DNA of 63,967 nt, counting the filler. It is 13 parts of 13 records of this genome, joined end to end, with 100 filler letters (N's around TTAATTAATTAA, not from the genome) between each part and the next. Parts side by side here need not be neighbours in the genome. Positions count along the whole stretch, not along the records: positions 10,517 to 16,877 come from SRR15195285_7435; positions 16,978 to 23,160 come from SRR15195285_7440; 11 more parts are not named here. One strand, written 5' to 3'. The notes beneath the pieces were generated by a model. It had not been told where the DNA came from. It saw only the letters and a program-made list of their open reading frames with translations, and searched no databases. This document shows positions 11,051 through 21,900 of the stretch, one piece after another. The stretch's first letter is position 1, and each line of letters starts with the position of its first letter. The translations under genes and the position numbers were made by a program.

Positions 11051-14000
11051 ATGCTGGGCCTACGCAACCAGCTGGTGTCGGTCGTCGTGATTACTTGTGC
11101 AACTACACTGGCCGCTGGTACGGCCAGCGTTACTGGACCTCGACCGGTGGCCACCTTCCCACCGCACCTCGTTGGCAGTGTAGACGCGGTTGTCGATCTA
11201 CTACAGCGCGTGCTGCCCGGCTCAGCTTCACACTTCGAGCTGGCCATCGAGCCACGTTGCCCTGGGATTCCAGCGGGCAAGGCGTGCTTCACATTGACGG
11301 ACGGCGTCGACGAAACGATTAAGATCACTGGCACCAGTGCCTCGGAGATTACGGGAGGGATTGGCATCTACCTGCGAGAGCATTGCAACATGACTATCGG
11401 GTGGCCACGTGGTGGCGGCTCACGCATCTTCATTCCTTCGCCATGGCCTCGTATAGGCAGGCTGATTTCCCGGGTGCGCTCAGTACCGTACTCACACGTG
11501 ACACAGGTGTGCACTCACAGCTATACGCTGGTATGGCACGACTGGGAAGCCTGGGAAAAGTTTATCGACTGTAAGTAAAGCACCAGTTGTTCGAGCAACG
11601 CGAAAAGCGCTAGTTCGGATTCTATCCAGGCCTGACCACAGGCGGCCTATCAGGGATGGCACTGGCGGGCCACAACAGCATCGTCGCTCCCACCGGCCAA
11701 GAGGAGGTTCAATACAAGGTGCTAACTTCACCGCAGTTCGGACTCACAGACATGCAAGTCCGAAACTGGACGAACGGTCCAGCTTTTCTTACCTGGAGCC
11801 GCGGTCAGAACTCCCACGGTTCGTCGGGAAAAGACATCAGCTTTTGACAGTGCTCGTCGGATATGTACCGCTTCTTGTGAACAGTGCTACTTGCCAAACT
11901 GATGCTGGAATGCTGTTGTTCTCAGGCAATGGGATTGGAGGCCCACTGCCACGCTCATTCATGCAGTCGCAATGGGCACTGCAGAAACAGATAATGGCCC
12001 GCTATCGCGAGCTCGGCATCGTCGGCCACCTGCCAGCCTTTGGTGGGTACGCCCCGTGGGACTTGGCAGTCAAATTCCACCAGACAAAGCCAGGATCTGG
12101 CGCGACACGTGGCATTTGCCCGAACAAGGACTGCGACACAGCATGGATCGACGGGCGGGACCCGCTCTACACGAAAGTTGCAGATGCATGGATGAAACAG
12201 ATTATTGCCGATTTTGGAAGTGATCACGCCTGGCAAATGGATGCCTTCTGTGAGTCGTCGACAGGTTCAATCGCGTGTCGAGCTGTGCTTTGTCCGCTGA
12301 CGTCTCTAACACCGGCGCGCTATTGGTAGTTGGAAACGGTACTGGGTGGGGTGTTTATGACATGAAGGAGACACAGAATGTTGCGCTCAGCGATGGCGGG
12401 ACAAAGGCTCCAGTCACCTACACTAAGATTGAAAATACGGACAGTTACCTCCCGCATGCAAAGAAGGGCAGCTGCGACGATGGCTCATGATCGTCGCTTG
12501 GCTGTGGCACCCAAGTACCTTGTGGTGAGCACGGGTGTGCTGGGCCGGCCCCTGCTGTGCCCTGCGATGTCGTTGCATTGAAGAAAGAGTGCACTGCCAA
12601 TCCGAAATGCGGCGGGTTCAACACCGATGGATGGCTGAAGGGTTGTGTCAGCACTGGTTGTGGCGCGGACCACAAGTCTGTCCCGGGCGTGGATCTCTAT
12701 GTCAGCTCGAGACACATCAACCCACCGCCACCGTTGCCACCGCCTGGACCACCCCCCTCCCCGCTGCCTCCCGACCCTACGTTCCTTGCGCGAGCTAAAG
12801 CGGCGTACGATGCGGTAGAACGGGCGGATGGCCCGGAGGCGCGCTGGATTTACCAGGGTTGGGCGCTGCATGTGTCTGGATCTGGGATGACCCCTCCCGG
12901 TCCTGAGACACTGTCGCGCGTTCAAGGCTTTTCCTCTGCTGCACCGCCGGGCAAGTTCATTTTGCTTGATATGGCAGCAAGTGGACAGTGGAAAGATTGG
13001 CATGGCTCCTGGGGCTTTCCATACATTTGGACGTCGCTGCCAGACTTTGGTGGCGACCTCTATACGCATGGGAACCTCTCTTTGATCAATCAGGTATGAT
13101 CTTTCTCCCGTTTGCTGTGCGTGCAAATTGGTCAGCATACAACCTTGGTCAAAACTGACCAAAACACATGCTTCGATCAGATTCCGTTTGACGCACCGCC
13201 TCTGGCACCCGTACCAGAGGGCATGCGACACACATTCAACCCAGCGACGCAGGCGGTAGGTGTAGGGTACACTCCTGAAGGGCTCGACCAGAACCCAGCG
13301 TACTACGAGCTGCTACAGGAAGCTGCCTTCAAACTGGCCCCTGAGCCAAACCTCACTGCTTGGCTCGTCAAGCGTGCACATCGACGGTATGGTCTGACGG
13401 ATGTCAATGCGGATGTTGCATCGGCCTGGGCAGACTTAGGTGCGTCTGGGTATTCCAACGACGGGCCGGTGCACGATGGCAGTGGAGTTGGCAAGATGCC
13501 TGCAGTTGGATATCCAGCATGGATGGGCTTCTTCGAAAACCAGCCAAAGCCAGCGCTGTGCCTTGAGTGGCGAGCATGGGGTTCGATGATCTCAGCCGCG
13601 TCGGCGGTCGTCCATCCGCTGCCGAAGACGTTTACGTACGATCTAGTGGACGTGGGGCGCGAGGTGTTGTCGCAGCTGACCATCCCTGTTTCGCACAACT
13701 TCTCAGCAGCCCTGCATCTTGGCCGCAGTAATTACAGCCTGAACACTCTGAGGATCAAGGAGGCAGGGGGCTTGTACACAGCTCTGCTCTCTGACTTAGA
13801 CCAGCTCCTCGCGACTGACCCGGCGTTTCTTCTTGGAACCTGGCTAGCGGAGGCACGAAAACTTGGCGGAAATGCCACGGACTGCACCAACACTGTGCTT
13901 GGCGAGAAGCTCTTTAAGTGCGACGATTTTATGGAATGGAATGCACGGGCGCAGTTGACAACTTGGCATCCAGTAGACTCGCCGAGTCACCCGACGCCCA

Positions 14001-14308
14001 ACCCTGAAGGATCCGGGCACGAACCTTGGCCGGGACACATCAATGATTATGCGCGAAAGCAGTGGGCAGGACTGGTGGGCGATTACTACCTCCCTCGCGT
14101 TGAACAGTACATAGAACAAGGGCTCGAGGACGCGAATGCTGGCCGACCATTCGACGTTGATTCGATGGCAGTGCGGCAGGCCAAGCTGGCTTACGAATGG
14201 CAGACCAACTGGGGTAACAAGTATCCGACGGAACCAGTTGGCGATCCGGCGGAGTCTTCGCGCGCATTGCACTCCAAGTACGCAAGGTTCTTCATCAGCT
14301 GCGATTAA
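11051..14308 (+). CDS. NAGLU: Alpha-N-acetylglucosaminidase (GH89); exons 11051-11570, 11654-11818, 11926-12249, 12330-13093, 13181-14308; in-frame TGA at 12488-12490
   Basis: Signal peptide, QVCTHSYTLVW, WEKFIDWMALAG.N, GPAFLTWSR, GGPLP, LPAFGGYAP, WIYQGW, DFGG, TPEGLDQNPAYYELL, WNARAQLTTW, DYARKQWAGLVGDYYLPR. Confidence 0.92.
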
Positions 14309-14565
14309 ATTGTTTTGGTTTCAATCGAAGCCACTGACACCCATCTGGATACCTAGACTCTCAACGCTCCTGTCCTTCAAGATTTCCCTATATCCAGTAG
14401 TCACCCAATGGAACGTGCCGTGGCCTGGATATGCCAATCAAGTGCTCATTGGCTGCACATAATACTACTTCACCAGGTGCAATAGACTCAGGGCACAAGG
14501 GCCTTATGCCCTGAGCGACAGCTTTCCGCGGGAAACTCGTGGATTTCATTGTTTGTACACCCTCC

Positions 14566-16570
14566 TCACTTCGCTGTCGCTTCACGCGGTACCACTGCAC
14601 TAGCGCATTCTGCAGCAGTAGCACACAGTTTGATCAGTTTAGATGCACCCCCACCAGGTACGCTCATGGAGAAGCCGGCGCTACGCAGCGACGGAATTGG
14701 TTCAATCGGTCTGTGCGCCCATAGGTCCCTAGCAAATGCGCTGTCGGGAAACTCCGTCGGCAAGCCCATCTTGCGCACGCACTCGGCATCACACTTTACA
14801 TCAACTTGTTCGCTTTCGTCATTCAGCAGCAAGACAGCGTAAGCACCAGCGGCAGGGCTTGTTTTGGAGCTCAGAGGCCGCCCATATACGGCAGTTACAT
14901 TCTGGCTAACCGGAGGGCTGGCACCGTTTGTAAGGCAATGCGCTCCGTTCTGCAGCTGCCCATCAACTGCTTGCCACTTCTGTGCTGCATCACCAGTGTC
15001 GCAGGTTACTGCAGAGACTGCCCCGTTGCTCGGCGCAGCAGTCACACAAAGGTCGACTCCGTACTGTGTTTTCAGCTGGCCGGTGTTGACGTCTAACGCA
15101 AAGCCGAAATGCGAGTAGTTGCCCTTCCCCGCGCATGTGACTGCAGCAGGATCAAACGAACAACCGTCGTAGATCAGGTTTTGTGGGTTGCATCCTCCCA
15201 TTGCCAAGTAGGTCTTCGTTTTGGGATTGTAGACTCGGTCATTCGTCAAGTTCCACAGCTGCAAGTCGGGTTCGCCACCGCACTCAGCGACATGCGCTTT
15301 GACGTAGCTAGAGCTCTCACGCGAGCTTCGGGAATCCACTTCTGTGGTGGGAACTAAGTTAGGTCCAGAGTCCAATCGCCTGCCAAATCGATCTGCAGTC
15401 CATGACTCCGCATCTTGGTTTATCTGTACACCACGAAATACATTCGAACTCATCCAATAAGAGGTTCGACAGTAGACCTTGACTCGTGGCGTGTGCGAGC
15501 GCGCGACGCACCCAGATTGCTTCGGCGTTGGCCCACGTCGCCAATGTCGCGGGGTCTTGCGCATGAATCAGTAGCAAGTTACCTGTCATCACTAGGTTGA
15601 GCCCGAGCACGACCCATGCGCTGAATTGAGTCTGATGGCGCGCTGTTGTCATGCATGTCGTCGAAGAGTCTTTCCCTTGGGTACAAAAGCCACCGACGCA
15701 ATCTGCGCCGCCGCCACACTGTTGCCGGCTAGAGCACTTGCGCAACGCAGGACACCCAGTGCCAGGTGACAGCTGCAGGCTTCCATCATTCCAGTAGCCA
15801 CCGTCGGCGTGTGCCCCTGCGTACTTCCCGATGTCCCTCGTGTTATCGATATTCTTCTTGACCGCCATCCAGCCAGATCCGGTGTCAGGGCCGATGCGTG
15901 CAGAGTTCGCGAGCGCATTGCCTCCACCAGCGTGCGAGGCATACCACGGCTGCCATCCGCACAGCGCAAACCATATTTTCCGTCCGGTCGCGTTCAACGC
16001 ATCTCGAAAAGCAGCATAGTGGGCGATGGCAACGTCCTCATCCCCGCTGTCGTAGCACGAGTCATCTTTCACCCAATCGACTCCGATGCTGGCGAAGTAG
16101 TTTGCGTCACGCTGCTCGTTGTTCAATTCACCCGGGCGCTTGTCACAGTCCTTCTCGCCGCGGTCCGTGTAAGTACCGTAGCTCAGACCCAGCGCGTGAA
16201 TGTGGCGGACAGTTGGCTCGATACCATCCGGGTACAACAGGTGGTTCGGCACCAGTTCCCGAGTAGCGGAGCGGTTAAACTCATCCCAGGAGGACGAAGG
16301 ATTCACGTAGAAATAGCCCAGCGATTGCAGGGTCATCAGCTTCCCATTCCCTAGCCCCACGTCGACCTTTGTCGTGGCGATAAAGTCGGCAATCAGGGCG
16401 ATGTAGGATGCGTTCCCGCGCCCAGGACCGAGGGCGATCGGGTCCTGATAGTCGCCTTCCCAGCCCATCCCTGGCCGTGAGCCGTATCCATTCGGCAGGG
16501 CCTCCACCGTCATCGTGAGCGTCACCAAGAGCCACCACGCCAGGACGAGCCGCTTCATCAGCCACGTCAT
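14566..16570 (-). CDS. Secreted GH27 alpha-galactosidase-like enzyme with a ricin-B-like lectin insert; intron 15424-15511
   Basis: RPGMGW, LSYGTYTDRG, GVDWVKDDSC, ALNATGRKIWFALCGW, NSARIGPD, NAEAIW|INQD; QLW/QKW ricin-type motifs; ARDLWAH C-terminal beta-sandwich. Confidence 0.9.
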
Positions 16571-17388
16571 TGTCAACTGGCAGCGGATGCCCCTCGTTTG
16601 TAATACACACGCGCGCGCGCGTTGATTATATTTATATAGGGAGATAGACGAGGGGCGCCACGTCCGAAATTGGGTGAGTTCGAATATTGCGGAAAACTCG
16701 AGTTCTCGTCTGTACTACCAGTAGATCTAGTACCGGCGTGCATCACGATACATCGCCGCCGGATGGGGATGCGTCTCGAGCCCAAACTGAATCTGCGCGC
16801 ATAAAATTCGAGCGGAGGTCAATTCCCAATCGAGAATTTGCATGTTCTACTGTACCAGTCAGCGCACCCTGGAACGANNNNNNNNNNNNNNNNNNNNNNN
16901 NNNNNNNNNNNNNNNNNNNNNTTAATTAATTAANNNNNNNNNNNNNNNNNNNNNNNNNNNNNNNNNNNNNNNNNNNNTTTGGCGGTCTTTGCGGCATGTT
17001 CCCGCGAGTTCCCAGAATTCTCGACGCGCCGTCATTCGTCTGGGGCCGTCGTGAGAAATCACTGGAGAATACAATTCATTGTCGACTGTGTACACAGGGA
17101 CTAGAGAGCTTAAGCTAGATTCGTTCCGGACTACCGACTACGCCAGCAGGGAGCTCGCCGCCCGCCGGCTGGAGTGACGCGACGGAGCGAAACAAGTGCC
17201 GGAGAGTGTGGAACGCGCGCTGGGGGTCTCGGTAGCCTCTCAGAGAGGTATAGCAGTTCACAAGGGGCTAGGCTAAGTCAGAGACGCACCAGTGCCACGT
17301 ACCAGCCGCGCGTGAGCAAGACCAGACGCGCGAGGCAGTCAACCGACGTCTCGGCGCTCGGGTGCGCGATGCCGGCCAAGCCGAGAAA

Positions 17389-17803
17389 GGAGGGCAACTG
17401 GGAGACCAGGGCTGCGGCGCAATCCGAGTACAAAGAGAAGGCGCGCATCGCAGCCGCGCACCACCGAAGCGTCGGCATCGCGAACTCCGAAAAAAACATC
17501 AAAGAAAAGGCGGCGGCCAAAGAGAGGCAGAAAGTGAGGAGGGAGGCGATGGCAGCGGCGGAGGCTCGGGAGGCGAAGATGCTCGAGGAGCGCCGGGCCA
17601 AGACCCGAGCAGACCCCGCGTACCCTTTGAAGCAGCGGCTCAAAGAGGGAGAGAAGCTAGAGAAAAAACGGGACTACGAGGAGGCTCTTGCTGTCTTTGT
17701 TGAGACACTGGCTGGTTTCACGGCTCTAGGGATGGATCGACCAAATTTAGCACAAAAAGTGGCCGATATCACCAGATGGATTGACGAGGAGGCCACCTGC
17801 TGA
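17389..17803 (+). CDS. Small basic coiled-coil protein with a C-terminal TPR/MIT-like helix pair
   Basis: ATG at 17389; K/E/R/A-rich helix followed by GEKLEKKRDYEEALAVF. Confidence 0.65.
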
Positions 17804-18044
17804 CGGCTTGGGCGTGGCTCGCTCGCTGCTGCCAGGATCCGCGCATCGTGCTCGTGACCTCATGCAAACACTTCCATTGCATATGTACTGTAATTTCTTC
17901 GCGCCGTGGAGCCTGCAGCTGAGCCACCGTCGCTGCCGTCGCTCAGATTATCGAGCACCAGAGCCTGCACTGCGCCGTCCGGCCAATCCGACTAGTGCTG
18001 CAGCTAGTACAACGGTACAGACGCGCGCAGGGGCGTAAATTAAC

Positions 18045-18790
18045 TCGCTGTTTGGCATCACCGACCCGCAGCCCCGAGAGCTGCGGCCGTCGCCTAGTGC
18101 CCACGTCCATCCAGCGCTGGTCCAGCCGCCCTCGTGCCGTGCCCTTCGCCCGTGGCGGCTGGTGGAATCTTGTAACCCCACGCTGAGACATTTGTTCGGC
18201 CGTCGTCGTAACGACACAACTGTGGAGTGGCTGCGTCTTAGAGACAAGCTCTGAGTCCAGGACTAGCCTGTGCCACCAAACCCGCGAATCGCGTCCGACT
18301 CAAGACACCAATGTGGGCAGAGAGACGAGAGGAACGCTGGATGGACGTGGCGGACCGTACCGTGCGGTCACTGGCGCAGTCAGTTTCCCATCCTCTCTAC
18401 ATGTAGTGCTCCCAGAGCCCTCCCAAGACATTAGTGAGACGGGATCTAGTGTCTTCTGAGACCATTCTATGAGGGTCGTCGTGTTCAAGACTGTCTTGGT
18501 CTAAAAAAGTGGTTTTCCTCAACCACTTAAAAAAAAAAAGATCAAAAAAAGACCCACGAGGAAAAGTTGAAAAAACCTCAGGGCAAAAACAAAAAGCCTC
18601 ACAAGAGCGTCAAGGAAAAGCCCCAGCGAAGGGCGTACTGCAATGGTACTCTTTCTGAATCGGACAGGGTGTCCCGTCTTCGGCGGCTCTTCCCCAGGCA
18701 GGCACACACTTTGGCATTCGCAAGGAAACATCTCTCACTACTGACAGGTTCTAAGGCCTCACGAAGGCAAAATGCCACCTCGTTGTTTTC
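18045..18790 (+). ncRNA. Candidate large structured non-coding RNA, family unknown
   Basis: Perfect 16-bp helix 18101-18116/18335-18350, more than 10 further stems, G-U pairs on the + strand, cUUCGg loop at 18678-18683, possible pseudoknot 18513-18520/18558-18565; no credible ORF; ends approximate. Confidence 0.6.
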
Positions 18791-18937
18791 TTGTCACCAA
18801 CTCACCACGCGTGCAAAGAGTATACCCACACTGGAGCGATGACTAGCGCTACTATGTATACAGCTGTATGCTTCTAGTAGCTTGCTCCCCGACCGATGAT
18901 CGCTACCTCTCCCGTCACACTTGACCGATAGCGAAAC

Positions 18938-21900
18938 TCACGAGTCGGCCTTCTCCTTCTCTAGTTGGCGTTGAGTCTCTGCTAGCTCGGCATCCAGTGC
19001 TTGCTGCTCCCCCTCAAGTTGCTGCGCCGCACTCGTAGCCGCGATTCGGCGTGATCGTTCGTGAGCCGATGTGGTCTTAGCCATCCCAGCAGCCGCAAGC
19101 GCTGCCGCCGCCTACAAACCGGCAGTCCAGAGCACCCATCACACTAACTGAGTGCATAGAGCCTAAGCCATCTGAGCAACATACCAAGACCGCACAAAGG
19201 AAGCACCAGCGCGCGATACGACGACTATGGTGCTATCATGCGACAAGTTTGCTAGGTCACACCCGTTCAGCCCGAAGGTCTTCAAGTGACGGATCCTCAT
19301 ACACATCCATGGTCGCTTGCTGCTGCATCGCGCCTAGTTCCTGGGTCATGAGCACGTGCGGTACCGCAATCACAACACATGAGTAAAGCGGCCACGGCAG
19401 AGCATCGTCACGAGCAGATAGCAGCAACACAACAGCAAGCACGCGAAGCCGCGCATCGACCTACCGCTATGCGAACGGTGCTTCCAACAGATGTGCCACG
19501 CATCAACGCGTTCATATGTCTCTGCGCAAGCCATGCAGCTGAGCTGCTGGTTGTCGGCGAGGTTGTAAGACGTTGTGCCGTAGAGCCCTCATTTGCACTT
19601 TTGCTTCCACCGAAAACTTCATCGGCGCTCAGTGCTGGTGCTTTCGCCTCTGTGCCACTTGGAACTGTGGATCCTTCGCCTGCTCCGACGCTGCTGCCAA
19701 TGTCACCTATTGGGACGGCCGCCTTTTCAGCTGCAGCTGCCCACAGCTGTTGCCAGGCACCCTCCTGGGCGCGTAGCGAGCCCTCTTCATCTCTAGGGCC
19801 ACCAGTGTCCCTTGCCCATTCACTCCTGGCCGCCCAGTCTGCCAGGCTTGCGTTTGGACTACTGGTCATTAATCTACGCATGTCGTCTATGATCTGCACA
19901 GATACCTCGGCGTTGGTCGCTTCCATACGCGCAAGCATTGCAGCAGCCTCACGATCCATGGACGCGAGTTGCCCAGCTGTCGGTGGTGGTGCATTTTGCA
20001 TCGACGGAATCTTGTTCGTGTCCGGCTTCTCATCGACTTCGCTGCTGGTGAATGCTGCCGCCTCTTCGAGAGATACCCCACCGTAATTGCCATAATCATA
20101 TCCTTCTTGCTCAGTGTTTCCTAGAGAATCTTCGAAAGAAACGCCACCGTAATTGCCATAATCATATACCGGTACGTTGTGTTCGGCACTATCCAAGGCA
20201 TCCTCAAGGGAAACCCCACCGTAATCGCCGTAATCGTAAGATGCGTGTTGCGACGAGCTGTTGCGCGTTTTGGCCGCGACCTGCGCTACAGCGGTCTCAA
20301 GAAAAGTGTCAAGCTGTCCATCTTTTCGCATGTCGGCAAGCTCACGCAGCCAATCGTCTTCGGCGAGTCCCGCTGCTGCCAGAGCATCAACTGCAGCCTC
20401 AGCCAAAAACTTGGCTTTATCTTTCCCCTCCGATCCCAAGAAGTCCATCAATATCTGTTCGCGTAAAATTCCACCGTAATCGTCGTATGTGTAGCCATCG
20501 TCGTTTCCAACACCTGCCTGCGCATCGCTCAGAGTCACTCCAACCCAGTCTCCGTAGTAAGCTGTTCCGCCCCCCGCAATTCGACAGATTCCAGTAGATC
20601 AGGTACACCTGAGGCTAGCGATCGGATGCAGGCTTCGAACGCAGGCTCAAGGTCAGCACGCGATGCCTGCAAGCTGCAGCGCCATTCGTGTTGCAGTCGC
20701 CGCTGCCCTTCCCGTGGTACCGTAGGCTCTGGTTCTGCTTCTCCTAGATTAACCTGGCGTTCCATCTGCAGCAAAAACAAAACCTGCTCACCTTCAGAAT
20801 GCATGGCTCCAGCACGAGCACCGAACCGAAGTAGACCTTCGGAAGCATCCACACTATGCTTACGCTGCTCCACCCGTGCGACCAACATGACTCCACCGCG
20901 AGCCAAAGCCTGAACCAGGTCACTTACTTCTAGTTCGGTCCTTATCACGAAAGTCCTTCTGGGCATGATTGCGACATCTTGAGGATGATGTAGTTCAGAG
21001 TCAAGGATCGTGCCGCTGTCCTCAGTCGAAGGAGCCTGGCGCATAGCAGGCGGTGTGGGCTCGCAGTACACTGAAGGGTGTGGAGATTTTCCTCGAAGAA
21101 CAATTTCATGACCGAGGTTTTGCACCGTCCATTTCCCCTCTGCCTTCTTACCGACAGGTGCGTTCTTCTTCACGAATACCCAGTCTATCGGGAGCTTGGC
21201 TTGAAACGCAGGATTGCACAGAAGTGCTGCCCTCACTTCTGACAAAAGCGTCTCATCCTCGAAACGCGCCCATCCAATCAGTGGTCCATGGCCCTCGACT
21301 CGAACACATACTCGAGTGGTTCCACTGTATGCTCGACGGCGGGCCAGTGATTTGGCGTATCCTCCCGCTGCCTCATCGTGTGTATCATCGGTTTGGAATG
21401 TATCCTCGCCTGTGTGCCTGCGGTTGCCTGCAGAGGCTACCAGATTCCACTGATTATCAAACTCATCGTACGGCATGGTGTAGCCCCCATGCAGCAGCAG
21501 ATGATATGGGAGCTGCACCTCGATCACCTGTGAGTGTGCAGGTTCTCTGCACTGCAGAGAAAAGCGCACAGTATGCGTCGAGCAGTTCGCTGCATCTAGA
21601 GCCCAGCTGGCTGTGCTCCGTCTTATTTCAGATCCTGCTGAGTCCTGCCACTCGACTCCCAGTGGTCTGGAACCTGGCTGAGGTGTAAACGCACGCGAGC
21701 GTTCTAACCGCTCCGTGCAGAATGAATCAAAGTCTTCGTCGTCATCTTGGGGTCGGTTAGGACTTCGGGGTGGCACTAAGCTGGTATCTGCATCTTCCGC
21801 CAATCCCAGATGGACGAGGGTACTCGCTCCGGTGTGCGGCTGCAGCCTCGGCAGCACCAGAGGCACGATTCCAACCATTAAGCGTGTGTCGTCACAAGGC

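Noticed and set aside
12488-12490. Genome-wide TGA reassignment
   Set aside because: TGA ends RtcB at its conserved C-terminus and several other genes; only one internal TGA was seen
18450-18495. Hammerhead ribozyme (CTGAGA + stem) or group I intron R element (GTTCAAGACT)
   Set aside because: No CUGANGA/GAAA core and no matching S element found by eye
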